From contig NIVC01003958.1 in NCBI GenBank assembly GCA_002269645.1, forward strand, positions 3,540 to 67,539: 64,000 nt of DNA, in the 5' to 3' direction. Below are positions 1 through 11,700 of the stretch, in pieces. The stretch is from Macrostomum lignano (lineage: Eukaryota). How positions within the stretch are numbered: the stretch's first letter is position 1; each line of letters begins with the position of its first letter. A program made the translations under genes and the position numbers. The notes below the pieces were generated by a model. It had not been told where the DNA came from and did no database searches. It was given only the letters and a program-made list of their open reading frames with translations.

Positions 1-489
1 ATAGGGAGCGAGTGGGAGATGGGAGGGATTACCCGCTGAAAGGGATGCTAGGTGCGTCAAAGGTGAGTAGAGGAAGGGTGAAAGTGAGGCAAAAGAAGGG
101 TTGCGAAGGCGTAGGGGAGCGCGGCGGGCACAATTAGTATAATTAGATCAGGAGGCTGCGCTGACAGCGGATGCGGCGGCCACAGAAAACTCGGCGCCGC
201 CAGCTCAGTCTCCGCGGTCAAACATTTGCGTAGCTCACCGACGACTCTGAGAAGGAGACGGGAGGGGGTCTGGCAGCTGGACCGCAGCTGAGACACGGCC
301 TCATCGTCACGTCGAGACAGCAAATTTATTGTTGACATAAAGTTAGCAGAGTGACTTCCAGGATTTGGGTTCAGCCTCCAGAAGCGTCTTCCGGCAGTCT
401 GGAAAATTCTGCTCCTAGTAGACAGCTAATCTCAGCAAATTCTCTGAGCAGTTGGAGTTGGATTTTAGTTGGACTGCAAGGGTTGGAGT

Positions 490-1505
490 TTGACTGTGGG
501 GGTTGGAGCTGGACTGTGGGGGTTGGAGCTGGACTGAGGGGGTTTGTGTTGGACTGTGGGGGTTTGTGTTGGACTGTGGGGGTTTGTGTTGGACTGTGGG
601 GTTTGTGTTGGACTGTGGGGGTTTGTGTTGGACTGTGGGGGTTTGTGTTGGACTGTGGGGGTTTGTGTTGGACTGTGGGGGTTTGTGTTGGACTGTGGGG
701 TTTGTGTTGGACTGTGGGGGTTTGTGTTGGACTGTGGGGGTTTGTGTTGGACTGTGGGGGTTTGTGTTGGACTGTGGGGGTTTGTGTTGGACTGTGGGGG
801 TTTGTGTTGGACTGTGGGGCTTTGTGCTGGACTGTGGGGGTTTGTGTTGGACTGTGGGGTTTGTGTTGGACTGTGGGGGTTTGTGTTGGACTGTGGGGGC
901 TTGGAGCTGCACTGTGGGGTTGGGGCTGGACTGTGGGGTTGGGGCTGGACTGTGGGTTGGGGCTGGACTGTGGAGTAGGGGCTGGACTGTGGGGTTGGGG
1001 CTGGACTGTGGAGTAGGGGCTGGACTGTGGGCTTGGAGCTGCACTGTGGGGTTGGGGCTGGACTGTGGAGTAGGGGCTGCACTGTGGGGTTGGGGCTGGA
1101 CTGTGAGGTTGGGGCTGGACTGTGGAGTAGGGGCTGCACTGTGGGGTTGGGGCTGGACTGTGGAGTAGGGGCTGGACTGTGGAGTAGGGGCTGCACTGTG
1201 GGCTTGGAGCTGCACTGTGGGGTTGGGGCTGCACTGTGGGTTGGGGCTGCACTGTGGGGTTGGGGCTGCACTGTGGGGTTGGGGCTGGACTGTGGAGTAG
1301 GGGCTGGACTGGGGTTGGGGCTGGACTGTGGGCTTGGAGCTGCACTGTGGGCTTGGAGCTGCACTGTGGGGTTGGGGCTGGACTGTGGAGTAGGGGCTGG
1401 ACTGTGGGGTTGGGGCTGGACTCTGGAGTAGGGGCTGCACTGTGGGGTTGGGGCTGCACTGTGGGGTTGGGGCTGGACTGTGGGGTTGGGGCTGGACTGT
1501 GGGGT
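490..1505. repeat. G-rich minisatellite (about 20-nt GGACTGTGGGGGTTTGTGTT changing to about 19-nt GGACTGTGGGGTTGGGGCT), probably intronic
   Basis: Direct reading of tandem units. It explains all the overlapping low-complexity ORFs at 351-2030. Confidence 0.95.
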
Positions 1506-1568
1506 TGAAGTTCCACTTGAGCCGAAAGCAGGTGTCGCACCCGAACCACCCACCGCCGTCACCCGCAG

Positions 1569-3093
1569 TACAATCAGGCCAACGCCACCATCCAGAGCAT
1601 CCAGGAGGAGAATCTCGGCCAGCTGAACTTCTCCGTCGCCTACAAGGAGGAGACTGGCATCCTGACGGTGCGCATCATCCAGGCCATTGAGCTGCAGCCC
1701 AAGGACAGCTCCTGCGGCCTCGCCAACCCGTACTGCCGCGTGGCCGTGCTGCCCAACCGCAAGACGCAGACGACAACCAAGATACACAAGAAGACGCTCA
1801 ACCCCGAAATCGAGGAAGAGTTCATCTTCGAGGTGAAGCCACAGGACCTGAACTGGAGCGTGCTCGAGATCACCGTGTTCGACTATGACCCCTGCTCGCT
1901 CGATGACTGCCTCGGCCAGGTGAAACTGCCGCTGTCCGAGGCGGAGTTCAGCGAGCGGCAACTGCTGTGGAAGGGCCTGTCCGCAACTGAGAAGGACCCG
2001 GACCCGGTAAAGTGAACTCGCTTGAACCAAAACAACTCAAATGCTCAGCTGCAGCTGGGAAGGAGGTTCTCAGTGGTTAAGATAAACAGGCCGCAGGCAG
2101 CCCTAAAAACTGCCCAGTTTCTTTTTGATGCCCGACCAAAAAGCATTCGGAGCAGCCAGTGCGCTGAAATTCAGTCCATGCGAGCCCGACTCCATCACTC
2201 AGACAGCGGGGACGTCAGGTCCAAGTGCGGGGACCGGGGCAATACAAACACGAGGCCGTATTTGAAGAATGACTTCGAGTCGGGATGGGCAAATTGAACT
2301 GGCTTTCGTGCAGCTGGGGGCTCTGGGGAGACGAGCCATCCTGAATAAAACATCGCCATTCGACACATTTCGCGTAGCCTGAAAAATTGCGGGCTTGAGA
2401 TTTCGTGATGACAAACGTAAAGCTCAACAAGGTTCGATTGCTTGTGGGGATTAAAGCCTCAGAAATTCTAGAGAGTAGCTGCTGAGCTCCGGTGAGAACT
2501 AGAAAACCTATTCCGCTTCCCAGGAGCACAAGATCGGCGACCTGATGTTCTCCCTGTCCTACCTGCCAGCAGCCAAACGGCTCAGCATCTCCGTCATCAA
2601 GGCTCGTAACCTGCGCGACCCGGCCAAGGACAGACCGCTCAGTGGTGAGTTCTGGGAACCAATAGCTCACGCCAGCAATGTAGGCAGTTGCGCTTCTCTC
2701 GGACAGTCACCCCTGAAACCGCGAGTGCTGCTCACGGTACCCTTGAGAGTCCCCCGAATCCGCGACTCCGCAGACGCCACCGTCCGCGCGACCCTGTCGA
2801 TGCAGGGCGGCAAGAAGATCAAGCGGAAGAAGAGCTCCAACTGCAAGATGGCCGGCAACCCGGTCTGGGAGGAGGCCCTCATCTTCAACGGCGTGCCAGA
2901 GGAGGACCTGCGCTCCGGCTGCCTGGAGATCTCCGTCTGCCACGAGGGTGTCCTCAGCAGCACGGAGGTCGGCCGGGTGTACCTGGGCCCGGACACGGGC
3001 GGCCAGGAGTACCGGCACTGGTGGAACATGCTCAAGTCCAAGGGGGCCTCGGCGCGGTGGCACCGGCTGATGCCGTCGAAGGCGCGCAAGTGA
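1569..3093 (+). CDS. Synaptotagmin-like tandem C2 protein, 3' exons: ~1532/1569-2006, 2524-2644, 2774-3093 (5' exons not resolved)
   Basis: Spliced translation gives C2A (LGQLNFSVAY...KKTLNPEIEEEFIF...VFDYD) and C2B (GDLMFSLSYLP...NPVWEEALIF...HWWNML...WH). GT-AG sites at 2007, 2523, 2645 and 2773 have matching phases. The subfamily was not assigned. Confidence 0.9.
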
Positions 3094-5766
3094 CGCAACC
3101 TGCCCGCACAACGCCAGCCAGAGCTCAGGCCGCTGCCATGGAGAACTGGCTATTTGCTATTTGCTATTTAAATTCGACCCTGTAATAACTAATGTCCGAA
3201 TTCAGCAGAATTTTCATTCATATCTAACCGAAGACTGCGTCAGCTTGATCATTACTCCAGAAGCACTGCCAAAACTAGTTTTGAGAATCACGGAGATTCT
3301 AAGTAGAACTCGAACTGCTTCTCCGGAATGTGCAGAGTTGATCAGCGCAATGCAATGGTCCACTCTTGAAGGCACCGCATGCAACCTTGCATTGGCAAAC
3401 AGGGACCGGAGCCCTGCAGAGTTGTGCCTGCATGCGGTTTTGGTCTGCACTTTTCCTGTGGGTCCACGCCACCAGGTCCATTGAGTTCGCACTGTTTGCA
3501 AAGCTTTGCACAGAATTCCAGCTTAGAAGTCTTGGAATGAAAGCCAAGTAAAACTTTTTCAGAGCCAGATTTCAGCGCATTACCAGACTCGCTCCGCACA
3601 GCACTTATGTTCCTGCTCTCACGCCACCGCTGCAGACTCAGTGCGGACTGTGCCGGTAAGAGAATTGTTAATAGTTCAGAGGACGGACTTGATATCCACG
3701 CGTTTCAGTCGCGGTTGCCACGATCTCGTAACCATAGGGTCGTCGAGAAATGCTGCACCCACAAAGGAATTAACAAAGAAAAGTTCTTGTGCGTGCACTT
3801 TTACTTTTATGGCAATATTTCTCACCAACGACAGCCCCCTTAGCATCAAGAGCTCTGAAATATTAATAGTTAAAGTGCATGTACAAAAGAACATTCATTC
3901 GTTGATTCCCTTGTTGGTGCAGCATTTCTCTATACTGCATACTCGACCGGTTTTTTTATTTATTGCACTTTTAAAGCGAACGTATCCAAACTAAATACGT
4001 CGTAAATAATTAACTTCCCATATTTTGCACCTGTGTGTACTTCGGCGATGGACTGCGCGGCAGCGACCGAGGCCCCCCTGCCGCTCTCTGTCTCCTTTTA
4101 GGCTACACCTACCACTGGCTGTCCATTCCGATTTAAAAAAAACTCAAACAAGAAAATTTGTTTTAAGAGTCAAATAAACGGATTTGTCTTTGCTTTAATT
4201 TCTTTGAAACCCAAGAGAAAATCTCAGTAGAGCAGGTTGCACAGGGGAGGGACAGCCGGGCCTGTTGCTGCTCGAACACCCTCTCGAATACCCTCTCGAG
4301 CTGTCTGTCCTTCACAACCCGGCCCGCCTCTCTTCTGTAGCGCTGCCTCTGTCTCGCGCGGCCCCAGCCGGATGCACAGGATTCGGGAGCAGCCCTCGGC
4401 CACGCGGCCGCTACCTCCGGTGCAAATTACCGCTGCTGCCCCCCCCCCTGCCCTCGGATGCCCGCCGTTCAGCAGCTGCTCTGCAGCCGGGAGAGAAGCT
4501 CAAACTGGGAGGGAGGTGCCTGGGCGGAACGGCCAGTCTAAAAGGATTAATAAAACACAAATCTGCTGCCTCGACCGCAGCAGAGTGAGCAGTTTGCTGG
4601 GAAGGCAGTGGAGGGGTCAGGGGGGGGGGAGCAGTGGAGAACGCGGAAGCCGCCCGCTTCCCCTTCCTTCTCAACTGCGAAAGCTGAGGAAGCGGGGATG
4701 AGATTCCCCTTCCGCTGCGGAATCGCGAGAATTTCCGCCTGCTGCCGCTTCGATCACCATGCGATTTTCTTCCACCAGCTGCGCTATCCATCCTACTTGT
4801 CAGTAGGCTGCATTAATGATGTAGCCGTGCTTTTATTTCACTTTGCCCACTCAGTAGCCGAGCAGACCGACTTCATGGACAGCTGAAGTAGAAGGCCATG
4901 CACATTATTTTCTTAGAAACGCATAGCGCTAAAAGCGGTTTCACCATAGACAAATTCTGTCAATTGCTATCACTATGAAGTTCCATTTGCAAAGTTTCCA
5001 ATTTCACCAGAACGCAGTTGTTTGGTTAATAGATAACATGATGACTGACGCAACAATATCGTAACTACACGGGCCTCGGGCCTGTTCTGAGCCCAAACCT
5101 GTGTTGCATTAAAATTACTCAGACTAAAGCACAGCTAATTCGGTAGATTAGTCGGTTAAACCTGGCTAATATAAGATAAGCATTCGGGCTAACTCTAACT
5201 CGACTGGGGTGTCTGCCGGTCTGCAAGAGAGTCTCCAATTTCTGCCTGAAGAAGTGTTTGGACCAATCTCTTAGCCATGTTCTTGAATGTAGCTGGGTGG
5301 CTCTGGGCTGCGGCCGCGCACTTCACCGGATAAGACCGAGCATCGCGAGTGCAATTGCGAGCTGAAAACAGTTTGAGTCAGGCTGCACTTCCTGCTCTCC
5401 GCGAGACCTCTTCCTACCCGCCCACCGATGCCGCCCCAGCCTCCCAGTGGCCTGCGCCATCGCTTGATTGTTTGCCAACCCCAACTGCGCGCTCATGAAT
5501 TCGAGTGCACTACGCAACACACTGCCGCCCCCTCGCGCTGAGGTAGGTTTCTGTCCGAGCCAACACTGCTTTCTTGTCTCTCAGGCCTGGCGTGTTTTCT
5601 CCGTTCCTCTCGCTGTTCCCCCATCGCTATTTTTCTATTCTTACCGCCATTGGCCAGCTCGCCTACGACCTTACAGAGGTCTGCGGAATGAATTTTAAGG
5701 TCGCTCGTTCCCCTCGGCGAGAGCGCCAGTGAAGCTCCCGACCTGCCAAAGAACCGGACAGGCAAA

Positions 5767-8700
5767 ATGAGCAGCCGCCGCGAGTCCAAGGCCGAGAAGG
5801 CGAAGGACGAGGAGCTCGTCAGCTTCCTGAATGCGGCTGACAAATTCGAAGATATCGACGCTGACTCGGAAGAAGAAGCTGGCCAGGTCAACACTGAGGT
5901 GGTGCTGGTTGGTGAGTCAGCTGACTGAGGCAGACATGAGTAGGGAGCAGGTGAGCCGCTCTCTGATGGCTGAGGCAGACATGAGTAGGGAGCAGGTGAG
6001 CCGCTCTCTGATGGCTGAGGCAGACATGAGTAGGGAGCAGGTGAGCCGCTCTCTGATGGCTGAGGCAGACATGAGTAGGGAACGGGTGAGCCGCTCTCTG
6101 ATGGCTGAGGCAGACATGAGTAGGGAACGGGTGAGCCGCTCTCTGATGGCTGAGGCAGACATGAGTAGGGAACGGGTGAGCCGCTCTCTGATGGCTGAGG
6201 CAGACATGAGTAGGGAACGGGTGAGCCGCTCTCTGATGGCTGAGGCAGACATGAGTAGGGAGCAGGTGAGCCGCTCTCTGATGGCTGAGGCAGACATGAG
6301 TAGGGAGCAGGTGAGCCGCTCTCTGATGGCTGAGGCAGACATGAGTAGGGAGCAGGTGAGCCGCTCTCTGATGGCTGAGGCAGACATGAGTAGGGAACGG
6401 GTGAGCCGCTCTCTGATGGCTGAGGCAGACATGAGTAGGGAACGGGTGAGCCGCTCTCTGATGGCTGAGGCAGACATGAGTAGGGAACGGCCTATCATGC
6501 ACCTAATTCTCATTTTCGGTCAAGGCTCTGCAAAACTGAAAGCGAGGGAGCGGGCAGCAGGGGTTCCGAGCCGCATCTGCGCATCTGCGCTAATTTCCAC
6601 ACCCTGCTTACCTGGAGGATTCACACTTTTTAGTTGAAAAACTCCAAAGCTCCAAACAGCCCCCCCCCCCCCCCGGCACAATGTGGTGTCGGAATGAAGT
6701 GGGAAGCTTCGGTTTTTTACAACTTCGCAATTTGTTGCTAAGGAGATTCTGGGGCAGGGAAGCTGCGGGATCCCAACTAGCGTGACCTGGTTACCTGGGG
6801 GGGGGCAGAGAAAACTCTTCATCTGGATAATCGTGCCGGCCCGAATGCACTTCTGTCGAGGCCGTGCGGGGCGAACTTTCTTTGCTGGGCCCCGGTCGGC
6901 CTCTGTGCCGCCTCTTCCCGCTGGCTCTTCATCATTCCCAGCATCCCAGGTGGGCTGCCGCTACCGGCTGTTCTCGATCCGCTCCATCATGTCCAAATCG
7001 CGAACCCACCTCTGTCCGCATGTTGAATGCCGCTGCATCAGGCACTCCGACAGCAATAATTCCGCAATGATTCGGTGCAACCGTGCGCCGCTTTGAAAAA
7101 TTCAAATTAACTTAAAATTTTTCACCTTGAACTCGACTTTTGTATCCGGGATGTTTAACTGCTTGCGGAGATGGCGATTCACAACAATGATTAAATGACT
7201 TCCAGCACCCCCTCCCTGCACACCAACCACCAGCCTGAAGATCTTTGCGACTTCCAAGCACCCCCTCCCTGCACACCAACCACCAGCCTGAAGATCTTTG
7301 CGACTTCCAGCACCCCCTCCCTGCACACCAAAGCGGTGGCCCCCTTCCAGCTCTTTCACAGATTTTCACACGGAATCAACAAATTTGAGAGTTGAGCAGA
7401 ACCGAACCGTCGACCAAAACATCCCCAGACATTTCGCATGACTCGCCGAGCGATGAGGCTGGTGAGTCGAACGAATGCGGCTGCTGGGGCCTGCGCTGCC
7501 GCTGCCTGCGCCGGTTGAACCAGTTCGAGCTGTTCCTGCTGCTGCTGACTCTGTTCGGCCTGTGCGGCGGCCTGCAGAGCGCGCTGAAGTCGGCCAGCCT
7601 CACCAAGCTGGAGAAGCGCTTCAACTTTAACTCGGCCACGTCCGCCCTGGTGCTCATGGCCAACGATATGGTCTACCTGCCCAGCGTGCTGCTCGTCTCC
7701 TACTTCGGCTCGCTGGGTATGGCTGAGTGACTCTTCTCAACCAGCTGGGTATGGCTGAGTGACTCTTCTCAACCGGCTGGGTATGGCTGAGTGACTTTTC
7801 TCAACCAGCTGGGTATGGCTGAGTGAATCTTCCCAACTGGCTGGGTATGGCTGAGTGAATCTTCTCAACCGGCTGGGTATGGCTGAGTGAATCTTCCCAA
7901 CTGACTGGGTATGGCTGAGTGACTCTTCTCAACCGGCTGGGTATGGCTGAGTGACTCTTCTTAACCGGCTGGTTCAACTTAACAACTGTTTAACTACCAT
8001 CCTCATTGACAGCATGATCCAATTCTGATTTGATCAACTCAGTCTCAAAAACTTGTAATGCGATTTTTTATTAACAGTTGCTAAGCCAGTGAAGATTAAA
8101 TACCCTGGCATCCAACTTAGTCATTTATGAGAGGAGTGAATGCGATTTAAGGGGCCGTAGCTGAGTAGCTGAGTAGCTGAGTATCGGAGTAGTTGAGTAG
8201 CTGAGTCGTTAAGTAGCGGAGTAGCTGGGTAGGTGAGTAGTTGAGTAGTAGCTGAGTAGTTGAGTAGCTGAGTAGTTGAGTAGTAGCTGAGTAGTTGAGT
8301 AGCTGAGTAGTTGAGTAGTAGCTGAGTAGTTGAGTAGTAGCTGAGTAGTTGAGTAGTAGCTGAGTAGTTGAGTAGTAGCTGAATAGTTGAGTAGTAGCTG
8401 AGTAGTTGAGTAGTAGCTGAGTAGTTGAGTAGTAGCTGAGTAGTTGAGTAGCTGAGTAGTTGAGTAGCTGAATAGTTGAGTAGTAGCTGAGTAGTTGAGT
8501 AGTAGCTGAGTAGTTGAGTAGTAGCTGAGTAGTTGAGTAGTAGCTGAGTAGTTGAGTAGCTGAGTAGTTGAGTAGCTGAGTAGTTGAGTAGTAGCTGAGT
8601 AGTAGCTGAGTAGTTGAGTAGCTGAGTAGTTGAGTAGTAGCTGAGTAGCTGAGTAGCTGAGTAGTAGCTGAGTAGTTGAGTAGCTGAGCAGTTAAGTAGT

Positions 8701-11700
8701 CAAAAGGCTCGAACACAAATTTCACAATTTTGGTGTAAAATGGAGGCACCAAACCACAAAACTGATGTGCAAAGCGAGGCAAGCTGATACTCAAGCTGTG
8801 AGATCACTCAAATTTGGCCTGCAGCCCTTGGCTCCAGGCAGTGGGTGGAATTACCGAGCTGCTTCACTGCTGGCCATCAAACCATTCTGCAGGTCACCGG
8901 CCGCGTCTGCTGGCTTTCAGCTGCTTCGGCTACGGCCTGTCCGGACTTCTGTTCGCCCTGCCGCATTTTCTGTTCGGCGCAGCGCCGCAGCCAGCAGACG
9001 GCGCCTCGGCCAACCAGCAGCTGGGGTTCGTCTGCCCGGCCGACTCCGGGCTCCGCAACTCCACGCCCGCTGGCGCGATACCGCAGGGCCAGGACGCTGG
9101 ACTGGAATCGTCCGTGGCGCTGGGCCTGTTCCTCATCTCCGGCTTCGTCGAGGGCCTGTCGGTGGCGCCGTACTTCAACCTGGGCGTCGCTTTCATCGAC
9201 GACATCACGGGCGACTTCTCTGGCGTCTTCATCGGCCTCGTCATCGCCGCGAAGATTTTGTCGCCGACTCTCGGCTACCAGCTGTACGGAAAGGTTCGAG
9301 TGGAGAGGCTCGGAAATCAAGGGGGTTTGAGGGATTTGGGGGCTTCTCAAGAGTGCTCCTCAAGGCCTGCCAGAAGGCCTTCGACGAAACGCCGAGTGAG
9401 TGCCTCTCCTCTCCGGTAGGGTGCCAGAGCGTCAATTTCACAGTGTCAGGAATTGGCTCTCTTAGTAGTTCTGAGCTCTGAGTCGATCCACGTCCCCTCG
9501 CTGAATTAGTTATGCCAGTAAGCGAAGCTAATTCTGACCCCCCTCTCACCGTTCAAGGTTTTTGTCCGCCTCAGCGACCAGCTGATTCCGTCCGAACCGC
9601 GCGAGCGCGCCAGCCCTACCTACATCCCTGCCTGGTGGCTCGGCTTCGCCATCGTCGGCCTGCTGTCGCTGCTGCTCGGCCTGCCGATGCTGCTGTTCCC
9701 CTCCCGGCCCGGCTTCAATGCCGAGAAGTACCGGCGCCGGGCGGCGGGCGAGGGCGGCGGCCTCCTGTGCCGTGTCGCCCTCCGCCTGGGCGGCAAGCGC
9801 TCCTCTAGGCGTCGGAAAAGCCAATTGGAGGCAACCGCCGCCGGAGAGGCAAAGCCCAACAGCCTGCTCGGCTTTGTCGGCTCGCTCAAACGGTTGCTAA
9901 GCAACCCGGTGTACGTGTGCCTGCTGTGCGGCAACATGTTCGAGTTCATGGAGATCAACTGCATCATAGCCTACATGGTGAAGTACCTGAACCTGCACTT
10001 TCGCATCGGCAGCGGGGAGGCGGCAGTCCTGGCCGGCATCGCCGGGCCGGGGGCCAACGTGCTCGGCATCCTCATCAGCAGCTGCGTGGCCGCCTGCGTC
10101 AAATGGCGGGTGCCGCAGCTGGCCAAGTTCCACGCCTGCGTCAACTGCTTCGGAGTGCTGGCGGCCGCGACCGGGTTCCTGTTCGTCTGTCCGCGCGTGG
10201 ATCTGGTGGGCGGATTTCCGGCTGGTGGCCAGTGAGTGCCAGACTTTGTGTGCGCAGATAGCCTATTTGCCTGCCGGCCTAGTGACAAATTGTACTTGGG
10301 TGCAGCAGGGCTCCAACAATCCTTTTTTATCAAATTTATCAGCGGCGGCAGCTTCATCCCCGACTGCTCGGCCAGCGGCGGCCCCGGGGCACCTCAGCTG
10401 TCGCCCTTCGCGTCCGGCTGCAACTGCAGCGCCGCCGCCTTCAAGCCGATCTGCATCGACGGGAGGAACTTCTTCAGCCCGTGTGCCGCCAACTGCCACA
10501 CGGTAAGCGGCCTGTTCTGAGTGAATTTTTTGCAGTCAAATGAATCACCTTCTATCTGGCTGAATATATCTGTAAGATGGTTTGCTTAGTTGATTGCGTG
10601 TGCGCACGTTCACTAGCTCTTATGTACATTTGCTCGCTGCACAATGATAATATATAAGTGAATGCCTTGGCGCACTGGGCAGCCAAGAGTCGGTCTACGC
10701 CTTAAGCCAATTTCTCGTTTTCGCTTGTTCTTACATTGGTGGCAGCGGCGGCTATGACTGAAAATGAAGGCAGTGCAGAGAGCCCTACAGTGGCGGTGAC
10801 TCAGCCCCAAGCTAGTTTTGTCAACATGTTTTTGCGGCCGCCTCAATACCAGCATGGACAAGACTTTGAACTTTGGCTGGCACGATTCAACAATTTCGCA
10901 TCATCTCTTCCTGTGGATCAGCGCAAGAATGCTCTGCTGTCATTCCTCGACGACAAATCATATCAAGCGGCCAACAATTTGGATGCTGCCCTGTCCTACG
11001 ACGACTTTGAGAAGGCTCTGAAAAATCGATTTCGGCCATCAACATCCTCTGCTGAGCTGCAGGCGCAGTTCTTCAATCTGACTCAAAAGGACGGTCAGTC
11101 GGTTGCAGACTATTCCGATGCCCTGATCGTTGCGGCAAAGCGTGCGTTCCCGAGTCTGATGGAGACGAAAGCAGGTGCCGAGCAGGAGACGTCGGTGACA
11201 GCGAAGGACGAGCTTCTCAAAGGTCGGTTTCTATCCGGATTGAGGGACCCAGCTGTGCGAATGCAGACGCAGATGCAGCCAAAGGCGACATTCGCTGATA
11301 CAGTTGAAACAGCGCGATTCGTGGAATCGATACAGTCGCAAGGAGGCACCGCTACGGCTCTAGCTGCTGAGGTTCCCGAAGCCTTTGCAGTCGGAATTCA
11401 ACGGTCCCTGAAGGAGCTGTCCAACAAGCTCAGCCGCTGGGAGTCAAAGGACCAGGATCATCGTCAGAGCGGCGACAGACGCAGAGTTGTGACATGCTGG
11501 AAGTGCGGTAAGCCGGGCCATGTTCAAAGATTTTGCACTCAGAAGTCGGGAAACTTCGATGGAGCGGCGACCGCCGGGGTGCCGTTCCGCAAGTGAGAAT
11601 CCCGGCGCAACCAGTCGTAGAGGTGTCCTGCTCAGCCACTGGTGCCAACATGCTGGTAAACTGTCGCATCCTGCCAATGTGTGTCCCTGCCAGCTGTCTA

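Noticed and set aside
57-470. Upstream synaptotagmin exon
   Set aside because: No frame gave a recognisable transmembrane or linker segment with convincing splice sites.
351-1549. Long Pro/Gln- or Gly/Cys-rich ORFs on both strands
   Set aside because: Translations of a minisatellite, open in several frames at once, with no protein signal.
4237-4886. GC-rich ORFs upstream of SLCO
   Set aside because: No recognisable protein; more likely promoter or non-coding first exon, which I cannot delimit.
5831-6637. 268-aa repeat protein ORF
   Set aside because: Lies in SLCO intron 1, out of frame with exon 1; product of the 42-nt array.
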